From a virus (taxonomy: Duplodnaviria > Caudoviricetes), in the IMG/VR virus record IMGVR_UViG_3300030332_000766, positions 1-32,994 of that record: a stretch of 32,994 nucleotides of DNA. One strand, 5' to 3'. The notes beneath the pieces are model-generated. The model did no database searches, was not told the origin of the DNA, and saw nothing but the letters and a program-made list of their open reading frames with translations. Shown here in pieces: positions 9,345 through 19,078 of this stretch (its first letter is position 1; every line of letters begins with the position of its first letter). A program made the translations under genes and the position numbers.

Positions 9345-12300
9345 ATGCCTAAAAGTGAGATAAAAAATACTTTTACCGGAGGTAGAATGAATAAAGATCT
9401 TGATGAAAGATTAATTACTACCGGGGAATATCGTGATGCAATGAACGTACAAGTTACTACTTCTGATGGTAGTGACGTCGGTTCGTTGCATAATATTATG
9501 GGTAATACTCAAGTGTCTAGTATTGATAATTCTGACGACGCTATTTGTATTGGAAGTATTTCAGATGAAAAAGTTAATAAACTCTATTGGATGGTAGAAG
9601 GTTTAGGGACTTGGAACCAAGGACTTTCAGAATACTACAAAGCTGATGCGATTGCTGAGTATGATACAACTACCGTTAATCCTGTAGTTGTTGATGTATA
9701 TAGATTCCATACAAATCAAATTGCGTTTAATCCTGCAAGACTTGACAGGGTTTTTATAAATAACCAATCAACTATATGGAATAATATTGTTTTAAATGCT
9801 CATAATGTTATAGGAATGACAGCTATTGCTCACGATATTAGCGGTGCGCAAATCGGCACCTTCATAATTACTAATATTGATACTACTTTAAGGAGTATAA
9901 CTTTTGATAATGATCCTGATCAAAGTGCTACTGTTTCGTTTACTTTTGAAAGTTCACAAAGAGCTTTAAACTTTAATAAAAGTTATTTAATCACAGGAAT
10001 AAATATAATAGAAAAACAACTATTTTGGACTGATGATAATTCAGAACCAAAGAGAATTCATATAGAACGATATAGAGATATTGGCTCAACAGCATTTGAT
10101 GTACATTCTTTTACTCCCACTCGTGATTTTACCCAAACCCAACTTGCTTATATAAATACGTTTCCTTTATTAGAAGAGCATATAACTGTAATTCGACAAA
10201 AACCTTTAGCAGCTCCACAATTATTAATGGATAATTCAACTGGAGAAGGAATAACTGAAGGAGAGATAATAAACGGTATTGATAACAATGGTGATCCTAT
10301 AAACTCTATAACAACTTATAAAGAAGGTGATACGGGGTGGATTGATTTTAGTATTGCTCCTGATTTTCAAATTGGCAATATATTAATACTTACTTCAGTT
10401 ATAACTAAAACAATGCGAGTTAAAGTTATTGCTATTGATAATAACGCTCCTGTTCCTTCTCTTGTGGCTTTTAAAGTAGAGATTTTAAGTGCAGATCCTA
10501 CTATTACCGTAACGGATATTGATTGGCACGCTGAACTCGAACAAGATCCTCCAATGTTTGAATTCAAGTTTCCTAGATTCGCCACTAGATACAAGTATGA
10601 AGATAATGAATATTCTGCATTTTCCCCTTTTTCAGAAGTAGCATTCTTACCAGATCGTCCTGGTGGTAGTGATTTTGATTTTGTAGCGTCTAAAGGATAT
10701 AATATAGGAATGACTAATCAAATTAGAAAATTAGCATTAAAAGATTTTATTCCTGAAAAAGACTTACTACCAGATGACGTTATTGAAATAGATATTTTAT
10801 ATAAAGAATCTAATTCTCCAAATATATATTCTATATTAACAATTAAACCTGATGAAAAAGCTTGGCAAACACGGGTAACTTATACCGGTAATAGAACTAA
10901 TACCACTCAATATCCATATAATTTTTCAGGAGTAAAAGGATATTTACCAATTGAATCTGAAATGGTTCACGGTATATTACCGGAAAATCAATTGTTACGT
11001 CCTTGGGATAATGTTCCTAGAAAAGCAAAAGCACAAGAGGTTTCTGGTAACAGATTAATTTATGGTAACTATTTACAAAACTATAATCTTATAGATACCG
11101 GGGACAATACTATTACACCTTCTATAACTGTAGGTACACGTCACTACAACGTGAGTAAGTATGATGAAGATTTATCTCCTGAACAAATTTATCCAACAGA
11201 CTCTTACAAATATTCTCCTTCTAAATCTATAAAATCACTTAGAACGTATCAGTTAGGAATTACCTACGTAGATAAATATGGTAGAGAAACCCCTGTATTA
11301 ACAGATAATAATGAAAAACAAGTTTCTACATATCTAAATGAATGGTACTCTGATAAACAAGTTAAGATAACTGGACAAGTAAATAACACGCCACCTGATT
11401 GGGCAGAGTACCAAAAATTCTTTATTAAAGAAACTTCTAGTGAATACTATAACTTAGCTCTAGATAGATGGTATGATGCAGAAGATGGTAATATTTGGCT
11501 ATCTTTTCCTTCGTCAGAGAGAAATAAAGTAGACATAGATACATATCTTATATTAAAAAAAGAGCATGATACTGATAATCCTATCTTAGAAGAAGCTAGA
11601 TATGATATATTAGCAATTGAAAATGAAGCCCCAGATTTTATTAAGACAATATCTATTCCAATTGGGACAGCGGTAGATGACACTACTGCTTCTAGCGCCG
11701 CCAATGGATCTACAGGTAACACGTTTGGGCCAAATGGAGGAACTGGATTTCCTCAAGAAAACACGCGGTTCGTAGAATTAAATGAAGATAACTTTGATAG
11801 CACTATAGTTTGGGATACACAACAAGTAAAAGAAAATATATTTGTAAAATTTAAATTTGGTAATCTTTACACGAACGAATACGAAATTACAAACGTAACA
11901 CACAATTCCACCCAAACACCAAATGGTGTTTATAGATTAGATTTACTTTCTGAAATGAAGACTGATGCTAATCTACTAACTAATGATCCATCAGATCCTT
12001 GGAATCAAAAAAGATCACCTATAACCGCAGAGTTTGTACAAAAAAGAATTGACAACAAACCTGAATTTGATGGTAGATTTTTTGTTAAGATTTATGGTGA
12101 TAGTATAATTAGAGAAAAAGTCGCAAAAGCATTTTCTTCAACTGAGTATGCTGTTACACAATCTTATCAAGTACAGTACATAAACGCTTTCATGAATAAT
12201 GAACGAAATCCATTCAACCCAAGTAACGCTGCTAATTCTAGTATTCAAACACAATACGGACCTTGGTATGCTTGGGGCTCCACAAATTATACACCAACAT

Positions 12301-15300
12301 CCCACTCTGGCACGATTAGATATTACCACAATATAAATTATTACGATTCCTCCACCTCATTTGGAACTGTTGGAGATGGAAGAAATTTTTGGCAAAAATT
12401 TGCAGATGAGACATCTAATTGGTTTATAGATGAAAATCGTGGGTTTAAACACGTAGATACCAGTAACCACATAATGACCGATGGCCGTCCTGCTGCTTGG
12501 GATTCACCTCACTCTCATTCTAATATAAATCCAGGCGGAAGTAGCGAAAACAAATATTCAAGTGGAATTGGACCGAGTAAAGGTATTAATATATCTAAAG
12601 ATAGAATACATTTGTCTTGGTCTGGGCTTAAAGACGATCCTGATAAAATGGGAATGAACAATTGGGCTGATGATTATGTATTGCAACTTCGTTGGATAAA
12701 TGCTCTAACTACAACTGGTACTTATTGGATGTGGGAAGAGGATCCAGATCAAACTGTTTATGTAACGACGAATACTACAAGTGGTTCTTATGAGAATTTT
12801 AAGAATGTAATACGTTATGATGTGCTTAGTAGCACTGTATTATATACTCTTGAGGATGATCATGATGCTGGTTGGAATAAAAGAACTAGATGGACTATTT
12901 ATGCGAAAGCGAAAGATACCGGTGGAGGATTAGGTAGTGGACCACATAATTATTTACCAACAAATGATCCTACAAATCCACCTCATTTCGATAACAATAA
13001 TGACGTTATCACTGATTATCCAACTGGAGCAACAAGCTCAGGACTACTTCCGTCAGCTCCTGGTATTAGACAGGATGGTATGGCAAATGCTTTGACAGAT
13101 GGAAACGCAAATACTATTCCTCCTTTAAAGACATGGAATGCCACTGTTAGTAGTAATAGCAGTGTTTCAGACGCGCCTGGTTCAGTAACATGGCATATAG
13201 TAGAACCTACACAACTTACAACGCTAAAATATTCTAGTCATAATCCAGCAATATTTGAAACAGAACCAAAAGAAAATTTAGACTTAGAAATATATCATGA
13301 AGTTGGGCAAATATATCCTCTAGAATATAGCGCTAAAACAAACGAATTATACACGCCAGTAGGTAGCGTTGTTGAATGTTGGAGGCCTGATAATACTCCA
13401 TGGGTATTAAATAATCCTACTTGGAATCCCACGTCAGGTGGTTATCCTGGTACTGATCCAATACCTGTTAGTAATATAAATATAGGTGGAAACCCTTCTC
13501 AAGCTTCTTTTTTAAACCCATGGGTTGGCCCCATAATTGTAAGTGATGCGCAAGACGATACCGTAATACTAGTTGATGATTCAGGAGCAGCTTTCAATAG
13601 TAATACAAATTGGCCAGAAGTACATATCGTTCCAGGAGATTATTTGAAATTTATTAGACCAGATGGATCTTCTACTTCTGCTATAGTTACAACAATAAGT
13701 GGAAACGTTTACACTCTTGATACAAATATTTCAAACAGAACTATGGTATTACCTTGGTTTAACTCTTATTCATTTGGTAATGGTGTGGAATCAAATAGAA
13801 TTAGAGATGATTATAATCAAGTCACGATAGATAAAGGTCCTAAAGTATCATCTATACTTGATGAACCATACAAGGAAGAAAGAAGAAGTAGTGGCTTAAT
13901 ATATTCTGGAATATATAACTCTATGAGTGGCGTAAATAACTTAAATCAATTTATACAAGCGGAAAAAATAACTAAAGATTTAAATCCTACTTTTGGTAGT
14001 ATTCAAAAGTTATTTCAAAGACATATTAATTTAATAACTTTCTGCGAAGATAAAGTTGTAAAAATATTATCAAATAAAGATGCTTTATATAATGCAGATG
14101 GTAATTCGCAAGTTACCGCTACAAGTAGAGTGTTAGGAGATTCACAACCATATATAGGTGATTTTGGTATATCTAAAAACCCAGAATCGTTTGCGTCTGA
14201 AAACTATAGAGCGTATTTTACAGATAAACAAAGAGGTGTTGCATTAAGATTATCAAGAGACGGATTAAGCCCTATATCTGATCACGGAATGGTGGATTGG
14301 TTTAGAGATAAATTACCTTTATCAGATAGATTAATTGGTGGTTTTGATATTCAAAAAAGAGAATATAATATAACTCTACCTGATATTGCAAAAACACTAT
14401 CGTTTAGAGAAGACGTAAGAGGTTGGGTAAGTTTTAAATCATTTATTCCTGAAAGTAGTGTCAGTTTAGCTGGAAAATATTATACTTTTAACAAAGGTAA
14501 CGCTTGGAATCATCATACAAACCAATCTCATAATACGTTTTATAATGTTCATACCCCTTCACACGTTACTACAGTTTTTAATACTGATCCTAAATCTATT
14601 AAGAATTTCCAAACATTAAATTACGAAGGTAGCGCGTCAAGAGTAGATCAGTTAATTGAATATATAAATCCTAATGATAATATTCTTTATACAGATCCAG
14701 ATTATCATAATTTAGAGTCTAATGAAGCAGGTTGGTATGTTGAAAATATCCACACAGACATGCAAGATGGTTCTTTAAACGAGTTTATAGAGAAGGAAGG
14801 TAAGTGGTTTAATTATATTAAAGGTAAAGAAATACCTATTAGTTCTACTGGAAAAGTTACAAGTAATTTTGATTATGATCCAAATGAGTTTTCTTGGCAA
14901 GGTATAGGGTTGTCAAGTGGCTATTCTGGTACACAAAATATAGGTGGTTGTCTTGATTCTAATGCGATTAACTATGGTTGCGCAACCTTATTTAATCTAA
15001 ATTCATTAGTTCCTTGTCCTAATGACTTACCATTTGTTGATTATGATGATGGGAGTTGTAATTACGGTACGGTTCTTGGGTGTCTTAATGATCCAAATTC
15101 ATATAATTATGGAGGTCCTGGAAATACAAACGGTATATTCCCTTACGTAACTCAAGATGATGGTAGCTGTGGAGGGATTATGGGATGTACTGATCCTACT
15201 ATGTTTAATTATAGTTCAACTGCTACCGCGGATTGTAATGGTGATCCCGTAGGAACATACGCAACAGGTTGGAACGATTCACCTTGTTGTGAACCTATAG

Positions 15301-15986
15301 TTTATGGTTGTACAGATCCAACTATGTTTAATTATGACTCAGCTGCTAACACTCCTTGTGATAACAATTATTCAGGGTGCACTACTGTTCCGCAATCGAA
15401 TATATATAATACATTAGCTTGTACAGGTCCATTTATTGGTAGTGGGGACTCATGTTGTGCAGTTATTGTTTATGGATGTATGGATGATGGAGATACAAGT
15501 AATTCGTATAGAGGTGGAAACACTCAGGTTACAGCAAATAGACCAAGTGGATGGATTGGTACGGCTACAAATTATAATAACACTGCAAATACTAACGAAA
15601 CTTCTTCTAACAATAACGCAAACCCATGTACTTACGTGACTCAGGTGATACCACCTGCACCTGCGCCCGCGCCTGCCACGTGTACTATTACGAATGCTGC
15701 GGTGAACTCAGCAGGTGGACCTCTTGGGAATATTAATTTTAGTTATAACGTATCTGGTTGGAGTGCTAGTGATTTACTTATTTATTGGGTGGATAATATT
15801 TCTGCCTCTCCACCAGTTAATGTTTTGATAAGTCAAACTTTGAATGCTGGTAGCGGTAATATCACAACTCCTGCTTTATCAATACCAATATCACCATTTG
15901 GACCATCACAACAAGTTCAGTTAAACATAACGCACACCACACCATCTGGAACTCAAACTACTTGTTCTACTATTTTAACAACTTAA
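9345..15986 (+). CDS. Large tail muzzle/stabilization-type protein (2213 aa) with variable insertions and a C-terminal Cys-rich repeat extension
   Basis: The N-terminus 'NTFTGGRMNKDLDERL...YRDAMN' is typical of tail tubular B/stabilization/muzzle proteins. The late region includes 'FGNGVESNRIRDD' and 'GWVSFKSF'. The C-terminus has GCTD-type repeats. Confidence 0.65.
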   Translation: MPKSEIKNTFTGGRMNKDLDERLITTGEYRDAMNVQVTTSDGSDVGSLHNIMGNTQVSSIDNSDDAICIGSISDEKVNKLYWMVEGLGTWNQGLSEYYKADAIAEYDTTTVNPVVVDVYRFHTNQIAFNPARLDRVFINNQSTIWNNIVLNAHNVIGMTAIAHDISGAQIGTFIITNIDTTLRSITFDNDPDQSATVSFTFESSQRALNFNKSYLITGINIIEKQLFWTDDNSEPKRIHIERYRDIGSTAFDVHSFTPTRDFTQTQLAYINTFPLLEEHITVIRQKPLAAPQLLMDNSTGEGITEGEIINGIDNNGDPINSITTYKEGDTGWIDFSIAPDFQIGNILILTSVITKTMRVKVIAIDNNAPVPSLVAFKVEILSADPTITVTDIDWHAELEQDPPMFEFKFPRFATRYKYEDNEYSAFSPFSEVAFLPDRPGGSDFDFVASKGYNIGMTNQIRKLALKDFIPEKDLLPDDVIEIDILYKESNSPNIYSILTIKPDEKAWQTRVTYTGNRTNTTQYPYNFSGVKGYLPIESEMVHGILPENQLLRPWDNVPRKAKAQEVSGNRLIYGNYLQNYNLIDTGDNTITPSITVGTRHYNVSKYDEDLSPEQIYPTDSYKYSPSKSIKSLRTYQLGITYVDKYGRETPVLTDNNEKQVSTYLNEWYSDKQVKITGQVNNTPPDWAEYQKFFIKETSSEYYNLALDRWYDAEDGNIWLSFPSSERNKVDIDTYLILKKEHDTDNPILEEARYDILAIENEAPDFIKTISIPIGTAVDDTTASSAANGSTGNTFGPNGGTGFPQENTRFVELNEDNFDSTIVWDTQQVKENIFVKFKFGNLYTNEYEITNVTHNSTQTPNGVYRLDLLSEMKTDANLLTNDPSDPWNQKRSPITAEFVQKRIDNKPEFDGRFFVKIYGDSIIREKVAKAFSSTEYAVTQSYQVQYINAFMNNERNPFNPSNAANSSIQTQYGPWYAWGSTNYTPTSHSGTIRYYHNINYYDSSTSFGTVGDGRNFWQKFADETSNWFIDENRGFKHVDTSNHIMTDGRPAAWDSPHSHSNINPGGSSENKYSSGIGPSKGINISKDRIHLSWSGLKDDPDKMGMNNWADDYVLQLRWINALTTTGTYWMWEEDPDQTVYVTTNTTSGSYENFKNVIRYDVLSSTVLYTLEDDHDAGWNKRTRWTIYAKAKDTGGGLGSGPHNYLPTNDPTNPPHFDNNNDVITDYPTGATSSGLLPSAPGIRQDGMANALTDGNANTIPPLKTWNATVSSNSSVSDAPGSVTWHIVEPTQLTTLKYSSHNPAIFETEPKENLDLEIYHEVGQIYPLEYSAKTNELYTPVGSVVECWRPDNTPWVLNNPTWNPTSGGYPGTDPIPVSNINIGGNPSQASFLNPWVGPIIVSDAQDDTVILVDDSGAAFNSNTNWPEVHIVPGDYLKFIRPDGSSTSAIVTTISGNVYTLDTNISNRTMVLPWFNSYSFGNGVESNRIRDDYNQVTIDKGPKVSSILDEPYKEERRSSGLIYSGIYNSMSGVNNLNQFIQAEKITKDLNPTFGSIQKLFQRHINLITFCEDKVVKILSNKDALYNADGNSQVTATSRVLGDSQPYIGDFGISKNPESFASENYRAYFTDKQRGVALRLSRDGLSPISDHGMVDWFRDKLPLSDRLIGGFDIQKREYNITLPDIAKTLSFREDVRGWVSFKSFIPESSVSLAGKYYTFNKGNAWNHHTNQSHNTFYNVHTPSHVTTVFNTDPKSIKNFQTLNYEGSASRVDQLIEYINPNDNILYTDPDYHNLESNEAGWYVENIHTDMQDGSLNEFIEKEGKWFNYIKGKEIPISSTGKVTSNFDYDPNEFSWQGIGLSSGYSGTQNIGGCLDSNAINYGCATLFNLNSLVPCPNDLPFVDYDDGSCNYGTVLGCLNDPNSYNYGGPGNTNGIFPYVTQDDGSCGGIMGCTDPTMFNYSSTATADCNGDPVGTYATGWNDSPCCEPIVYGCTDPTMFNYDSAANTPCDNNYSGCTTVPQSNIYNTLACTGPFIGSGDSCCAVIVYGCMDDGDTSNSYRGGNTQVTANRPSGWIGTATNYNNTANTNETSSNNNANPCTYVTQVIPPAPAPAPATCTITNAAVNSAGGPLGNINFSYNVSGWSASDLLIYWVDNISASPPVNVLISQTLNAGSGNITTPALSIPISPFGPSQQVQLNITHTTPSGTQTTCSTILTT
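14943..15632 (+). repeat. Five Cys-rich GC(T/L/M)(D/N)...NY...(DDGS)C protein repeats
   Basis: GCLDSNAINY, GCLNDPNSYNY, GCTDPTMFNY (twice, near 15183 and 15306) and GCMDDGD; two DDGSC closers. Confidence 0.8.
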
Positions 15987-15990
15987 CAAT

Positions 15991-16377
15991 ATGCCAATAA
16001 TAAGCATTCCATTTAATGATCCAATAAATATATCTGTTCAAGTAAGAGATATAGTATATGCTATCCCTGTTTCTTTAGCTGGATCTGCGGCGAATTCTTT
16101 TAAAAAGGAAAACCTTTCACAAGCGTTAGAAATAGGGTGGGTGTGGCGAATTAATAACCAAGAAGGATTAGATCCAAACATTATACCGTCATTAGATGTA
16201 GTGCAAACTAGCGGTAACGTTCCTACTAGTGGGGATTTTATAATGTTTTCTAAAAGTAAAGCTGTAAATACATCTGGAATATTAGGTTATTATGCAGAAG
16301 TAACTCTTAAAAACTATTCACTTAAAGATATAGAACTATTTTCTGTTGGTACAGGAATAGCTATTAGTAGTAATTAA
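15991..16377 (+). CDS. Conserved small tail-associated protein
   Basis: 128 aa, tightly coupled to the muzzle-type gene; beta-rich 'GDFIMFSK..VNTSGILGYYAEV'. Confidence 0.55.
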   Translation: MPIISIPFNDPINISVQVRDIVYAIPVSLAGSAANSFKKENLSQALEIGWVWRINNQEGLDPNIIPSLDVVQTSGNVPTSGDFIMFSKSKAVNTSGILGYYAEVTLKNYSLKDIELFSVGTGIAISSN

Positions 16378-16388
16378 ATATAAAAAAT

Positions 16389-17672
16389 ATGTTAAATTCT
16401 CCCTATCCAAAATATTACTTGTTCGCTGGCGAAGAAAACGGTAGCGACGATAGCGGTGGTGGAGGTGAATATCCACTAGAGTCTGAATCTCCTCCATCAG
16501 ACGTAGCTAATTATTACCCTTCAGATTATCCTATTGGTGGCACTACTACTACCACTACTGAAAATACCACTACAACTGTTACTTATACTAATACAGGTGT
16601 TCCGGTATATACTACTGTTCCTAGATACACAATTCCAACAAGTGGTGTATATACTATTAATGTTGTGAGAGGTAACTTTAATCCTTTGTACACAAACACT
16701 GAAACAAGAGAGTATACTATAATGGGGGATGTTGGTAGTAGATTTACTTTAACTATAAACAGTAGTGATGGGTGCGATGTTTTTAATAGTGATGGTATAA
16801 TAACCGAAGGTACTGGATATGTAGTTACCGCTGTATTTCCAAAAGTATATGAATATACTACATATACGTTTAAACTACGAGCTGGCGCACAAACACATCT
16901 TAGTGGCGGAATGCCAAGGATTGAATATATTAAGGAAATACCGCAATATATAAATCCAACTGTAACTTTATCTTTTGCTACTGACGATCCTTATACAACT
17001 AACTGTGCTTATTCAGGTAGTGATGTTACATTTACCGCTAAACCTTTAATAGAACCAACAACTTATCACACTTTAAGCGATAAGACTTATGGTAAATTAA
17101 CACACGCGGTTGCCGCTACAATAACCACGGGGTATTTATATATAATAAAAAGCCCAAGCATATCTGATTATCTATTAATTGACGATAGAGAAGGTTTGTC
17201 AACTGCAGATTTAGATAAAACTTTAGCGCTAGGAACAGATGAAACATCTAAAAGTGGTACTATTGCAGTTACAGAAAGTGCTAGTAAAAAAATTATAACA
17301 CTTACCTCTACTGTCCAAGTAGAAAAAGTTGGTAAAGAAGATACTGTTTACGAACTTGATATAGATTCAATAATAACTAATATTCCTCAAGCGTTTGATC
17401 AAGAAGTTTCTACACCAAAAGATACAGCGGTTGCAATTGAAATTCTTAAGGGTGTTAATATTAAAACATACCTGCTTCCACGAATAACGCTAAATCCAAA
17501 ACACGGAACACTAGCAACTAGTTTCGATTACGGTGGTGGGACGTGCACATATACTCCTCCGGATTTGTTTCAGGGCGTAGATGAGTTTACTTTTGACGTC
17601 TACGATGGTACTAATGCTAGTGAAGATCAATATACAGTAACTATTAATGTTGGTAATATTTCGTGTGGATAG
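16389..17672 (+). CDS. Virion surface/tail protein with a C-terminal Ig-like (Big_9/cadherin-like) domain
   Basis: The C-terminal 'PQAFDQEVSTPKDTAV...PKHGTL...TYTPPDLFQGVDEFTFDVYDG...TVTINV' matches the Big_9-type pattern. The N-terminus is a Thr/Gly/Pro-rich linker. Confidence 0.65.
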   Translation: MLNSPYPKYYLFAGEENGSDDSGGGGEYPLESESPPSDVANYYPSDYPIGGTTTTTTENTTTTVTYTNTGVPVYTTVPRYTIPTSGVYTINVVRGNFNPLYTNTETREYTIMGDVGSRFTLTINSSDGCDVFNSDGIITEGTGYVVTAVFPKVYEYTTYTFKLRAGAQTHLSGGMPRIEYIKEIPQYINPTVTLSFATDDPYTTNCAYSGSDVTFTAKPLIEPTTYHTLSDKTYGKLTHAVAATITTGYLYIIKSPSISDYLLIDDREGLSTADLDKTLALGTDETSKSGTIAVTESASKKIITLTSTVQVEKVGKEDTVYELDIDSIITNIPQAFDQEVSTPKDTAVAIEILKGVNIKTYLLPRITLNPKHGTLATSFDYGGGTCTYTPPDLFQGVDEFTFDVYDGTNASEDQYTVTINVGNISCG

Positions 17673-17688
17673 CTTGTAGTGTAAATTG

Positions 17689-17717
17689 TTGACTAAAACT
17701 GTAACTATAAATATACT
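17689..17717 (+). promoter_or_regulatory. Putative promoter TTGACT-N17-TATACT
   Basis: TTGACT at 17689-17694 and TATACT at 17712-17717 with an exact 17-nt spacer, in the intergenic gap before the cupin/ejection block. Confidence 0.4.
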
Positions 17718-17733
17718 AAAATATATTTAAATT

Positions 17734-18228
17734 ATGTCTAAAAATGAGTTACAGAAAATATTTGATAGTACAATACAATTATCTTATAAAGAAAAAGTTA
17801 AAGAAATAGAAGATTACTTTGTAAGTATAGCCGATGGAGAAAATATCATAGGTACTGGTAAGGAAATAATATACCCAGATCATCTGTGGAAATATAAACA
17901 CTCTTTTGCAGAAGGTATTTATATTAGAGAGATGCAAATGAAGAAAGGACAACTAGGTTTCTCTGCAATACACAAACATAGCTATGGGTTCTTTCTTTTA
18001 TCTGGAAAATTAGCATCATCAAAGGAAGATGGTGTTGAAGAATTTATAGCACCTTGCTATATAATATCACCGCAAGGAACTAAACGAATTGTTTATGCAA
18101 TTGAAGATTGTGTAATAGTTACTGTGCATGCTAACCCAACAAACACGGAGGATTTAGACGAATTAGCAAAATTAAATGTCGTATTTAATTGGGAAGAATA
18201 CGAAGAATATATAAAAAATAAGAAATGA
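17734..18228 (+). CDS. Cupin-fold phage protein
   Basis: 'HSFAEGIYIREMQM..G.....IHKH.Y.FFLLSG' and 'GTKR.VYA.ED...VTVH' fit an RmlC-like cupin, a family often found next to internal virion genes. Confidence 0.65.
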   Translation: MSKNELQKIFDSTIQLSYKEKVKEIEDYFVSIADGENIIGTGKEIIYPDHLWKYKHSFAEGIYIREMQMKKGQLGFSAIHKHSYGFFLLSGKLASSKEDGVEEFIAPCYIISPQGTKRIVYAIEDCVIVTVHANPTNTEDLDELAKLNVVFNWEEYEEYIKNKK

Positions 18229-18253
18229 AAATATTAACTAAAATACATATGTC

Positions 18254-19063
18254 ATGAGCTGGGGTGCTATAGTAGTTGGTGTAATTGGTACTGGTGTAAG
18301 TTATCTTCAAAGTGAAAAAAATAGAAATATGGCTGAAGGTATGTCTGAGGATGCGTTGAAGGCTCAAAAAAAAGCTCAAGCACAACTAGACAAAGAAAAA
18401 GCAGCGTATAGAAATATGCAGATAAAAAATTCTTATGCCGATATGGAAAATCCTTATGAAGATATAACTGTAAATCAACAACAAGCTCAATTCCAGGCTC
18501 AGCAAATGGATGCGCAAAGAGCAAATATCATGAGGGGTTTTAGAGGCGCTGCTGGTGCTAGTGGAATAGCGTCTCTAGCGCAGGCTATGGCAAATCAAGG
18601 ACAATTGCAAACTCAAAGAATATCTGCTTCCATTGGGCAACAAGAGGCTAGAAACCAAGCGTTGTTAGCTAAAGGTGCTGCTGCTGCTGATATGGCAGAA
18701 AGAGGTGGAGAACAGTGGGTACAAGCCGCTGAAATGGATAGAACAGCAACTTTACTTGGCACAGCGTATGGTGAAGCTACTGGGGCTAATATGGCAGTGC
18801 AAACAGCAAAAACTAACGAAATGAACGCTGCGTTAGCACAGCAACAAATAACAGCGGATATGTTTGGTACTGTAGCGCAAGGATTAGCAAGTTCAAAAAC
18901 AATAGGTGGTGACGATAATAACATATTTACAGGTAATCAAAATAAAGCATTTGAGAAATGGTCAGAAGCGAGTAGAGATCCTAATACAGGTTTACCTGGA
19001 ACTAGAGAGCAGTTTGATCAATGGAAGGAAGAAAATCCAGATTGGAGAAAAACACTAAGATAA
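18254..19063 (+). CDS. Putative ejection/internal virion protein 1
   Basis: Hydrophobic G-rich N-terminus (MSWGAIVVGVIGTGVS) and an A/Q-rich helical body. It is the first of three genes of increasing size. Confidence 0.6.
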   Translation: MSWGAIVVGVIGTGVSYLQSEKNRNMAEGMSEDALKAQKKAQAQLDKEKAAYRNMQIKNSYADMENPYEDITVNQQQAQFQAQQMDAQRANIMRGFRGAAGASGIASLAQAMANQGQLQTQRISASIGQQEARNQALLAKGAAAADMAERGGEQWVQAAEMDRTATLLGTAYGEATGANMAVQTAKTNEMNAALAQQQITADMFGTVAQGLASSKTIGGDDNNIFTGNQNKAFEKWSEASRDPNTGLPGTREQFDQWKEENPDWRKTLR

Positions 19064-19078
19064 TTTTAAAATAAAAAT

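Noticed and set aside
15181-15340. Near-identical DNA repeats (GCTDPTMFNY x2) as DGR template/variable repeats or CRISPR
   Set aside because: They are only about 30 nt, in frame, and differ at synonymous positions rather than specifically at adenines. No reverse transcriptase or cas gene is present. Protein repeat duplication explains them.
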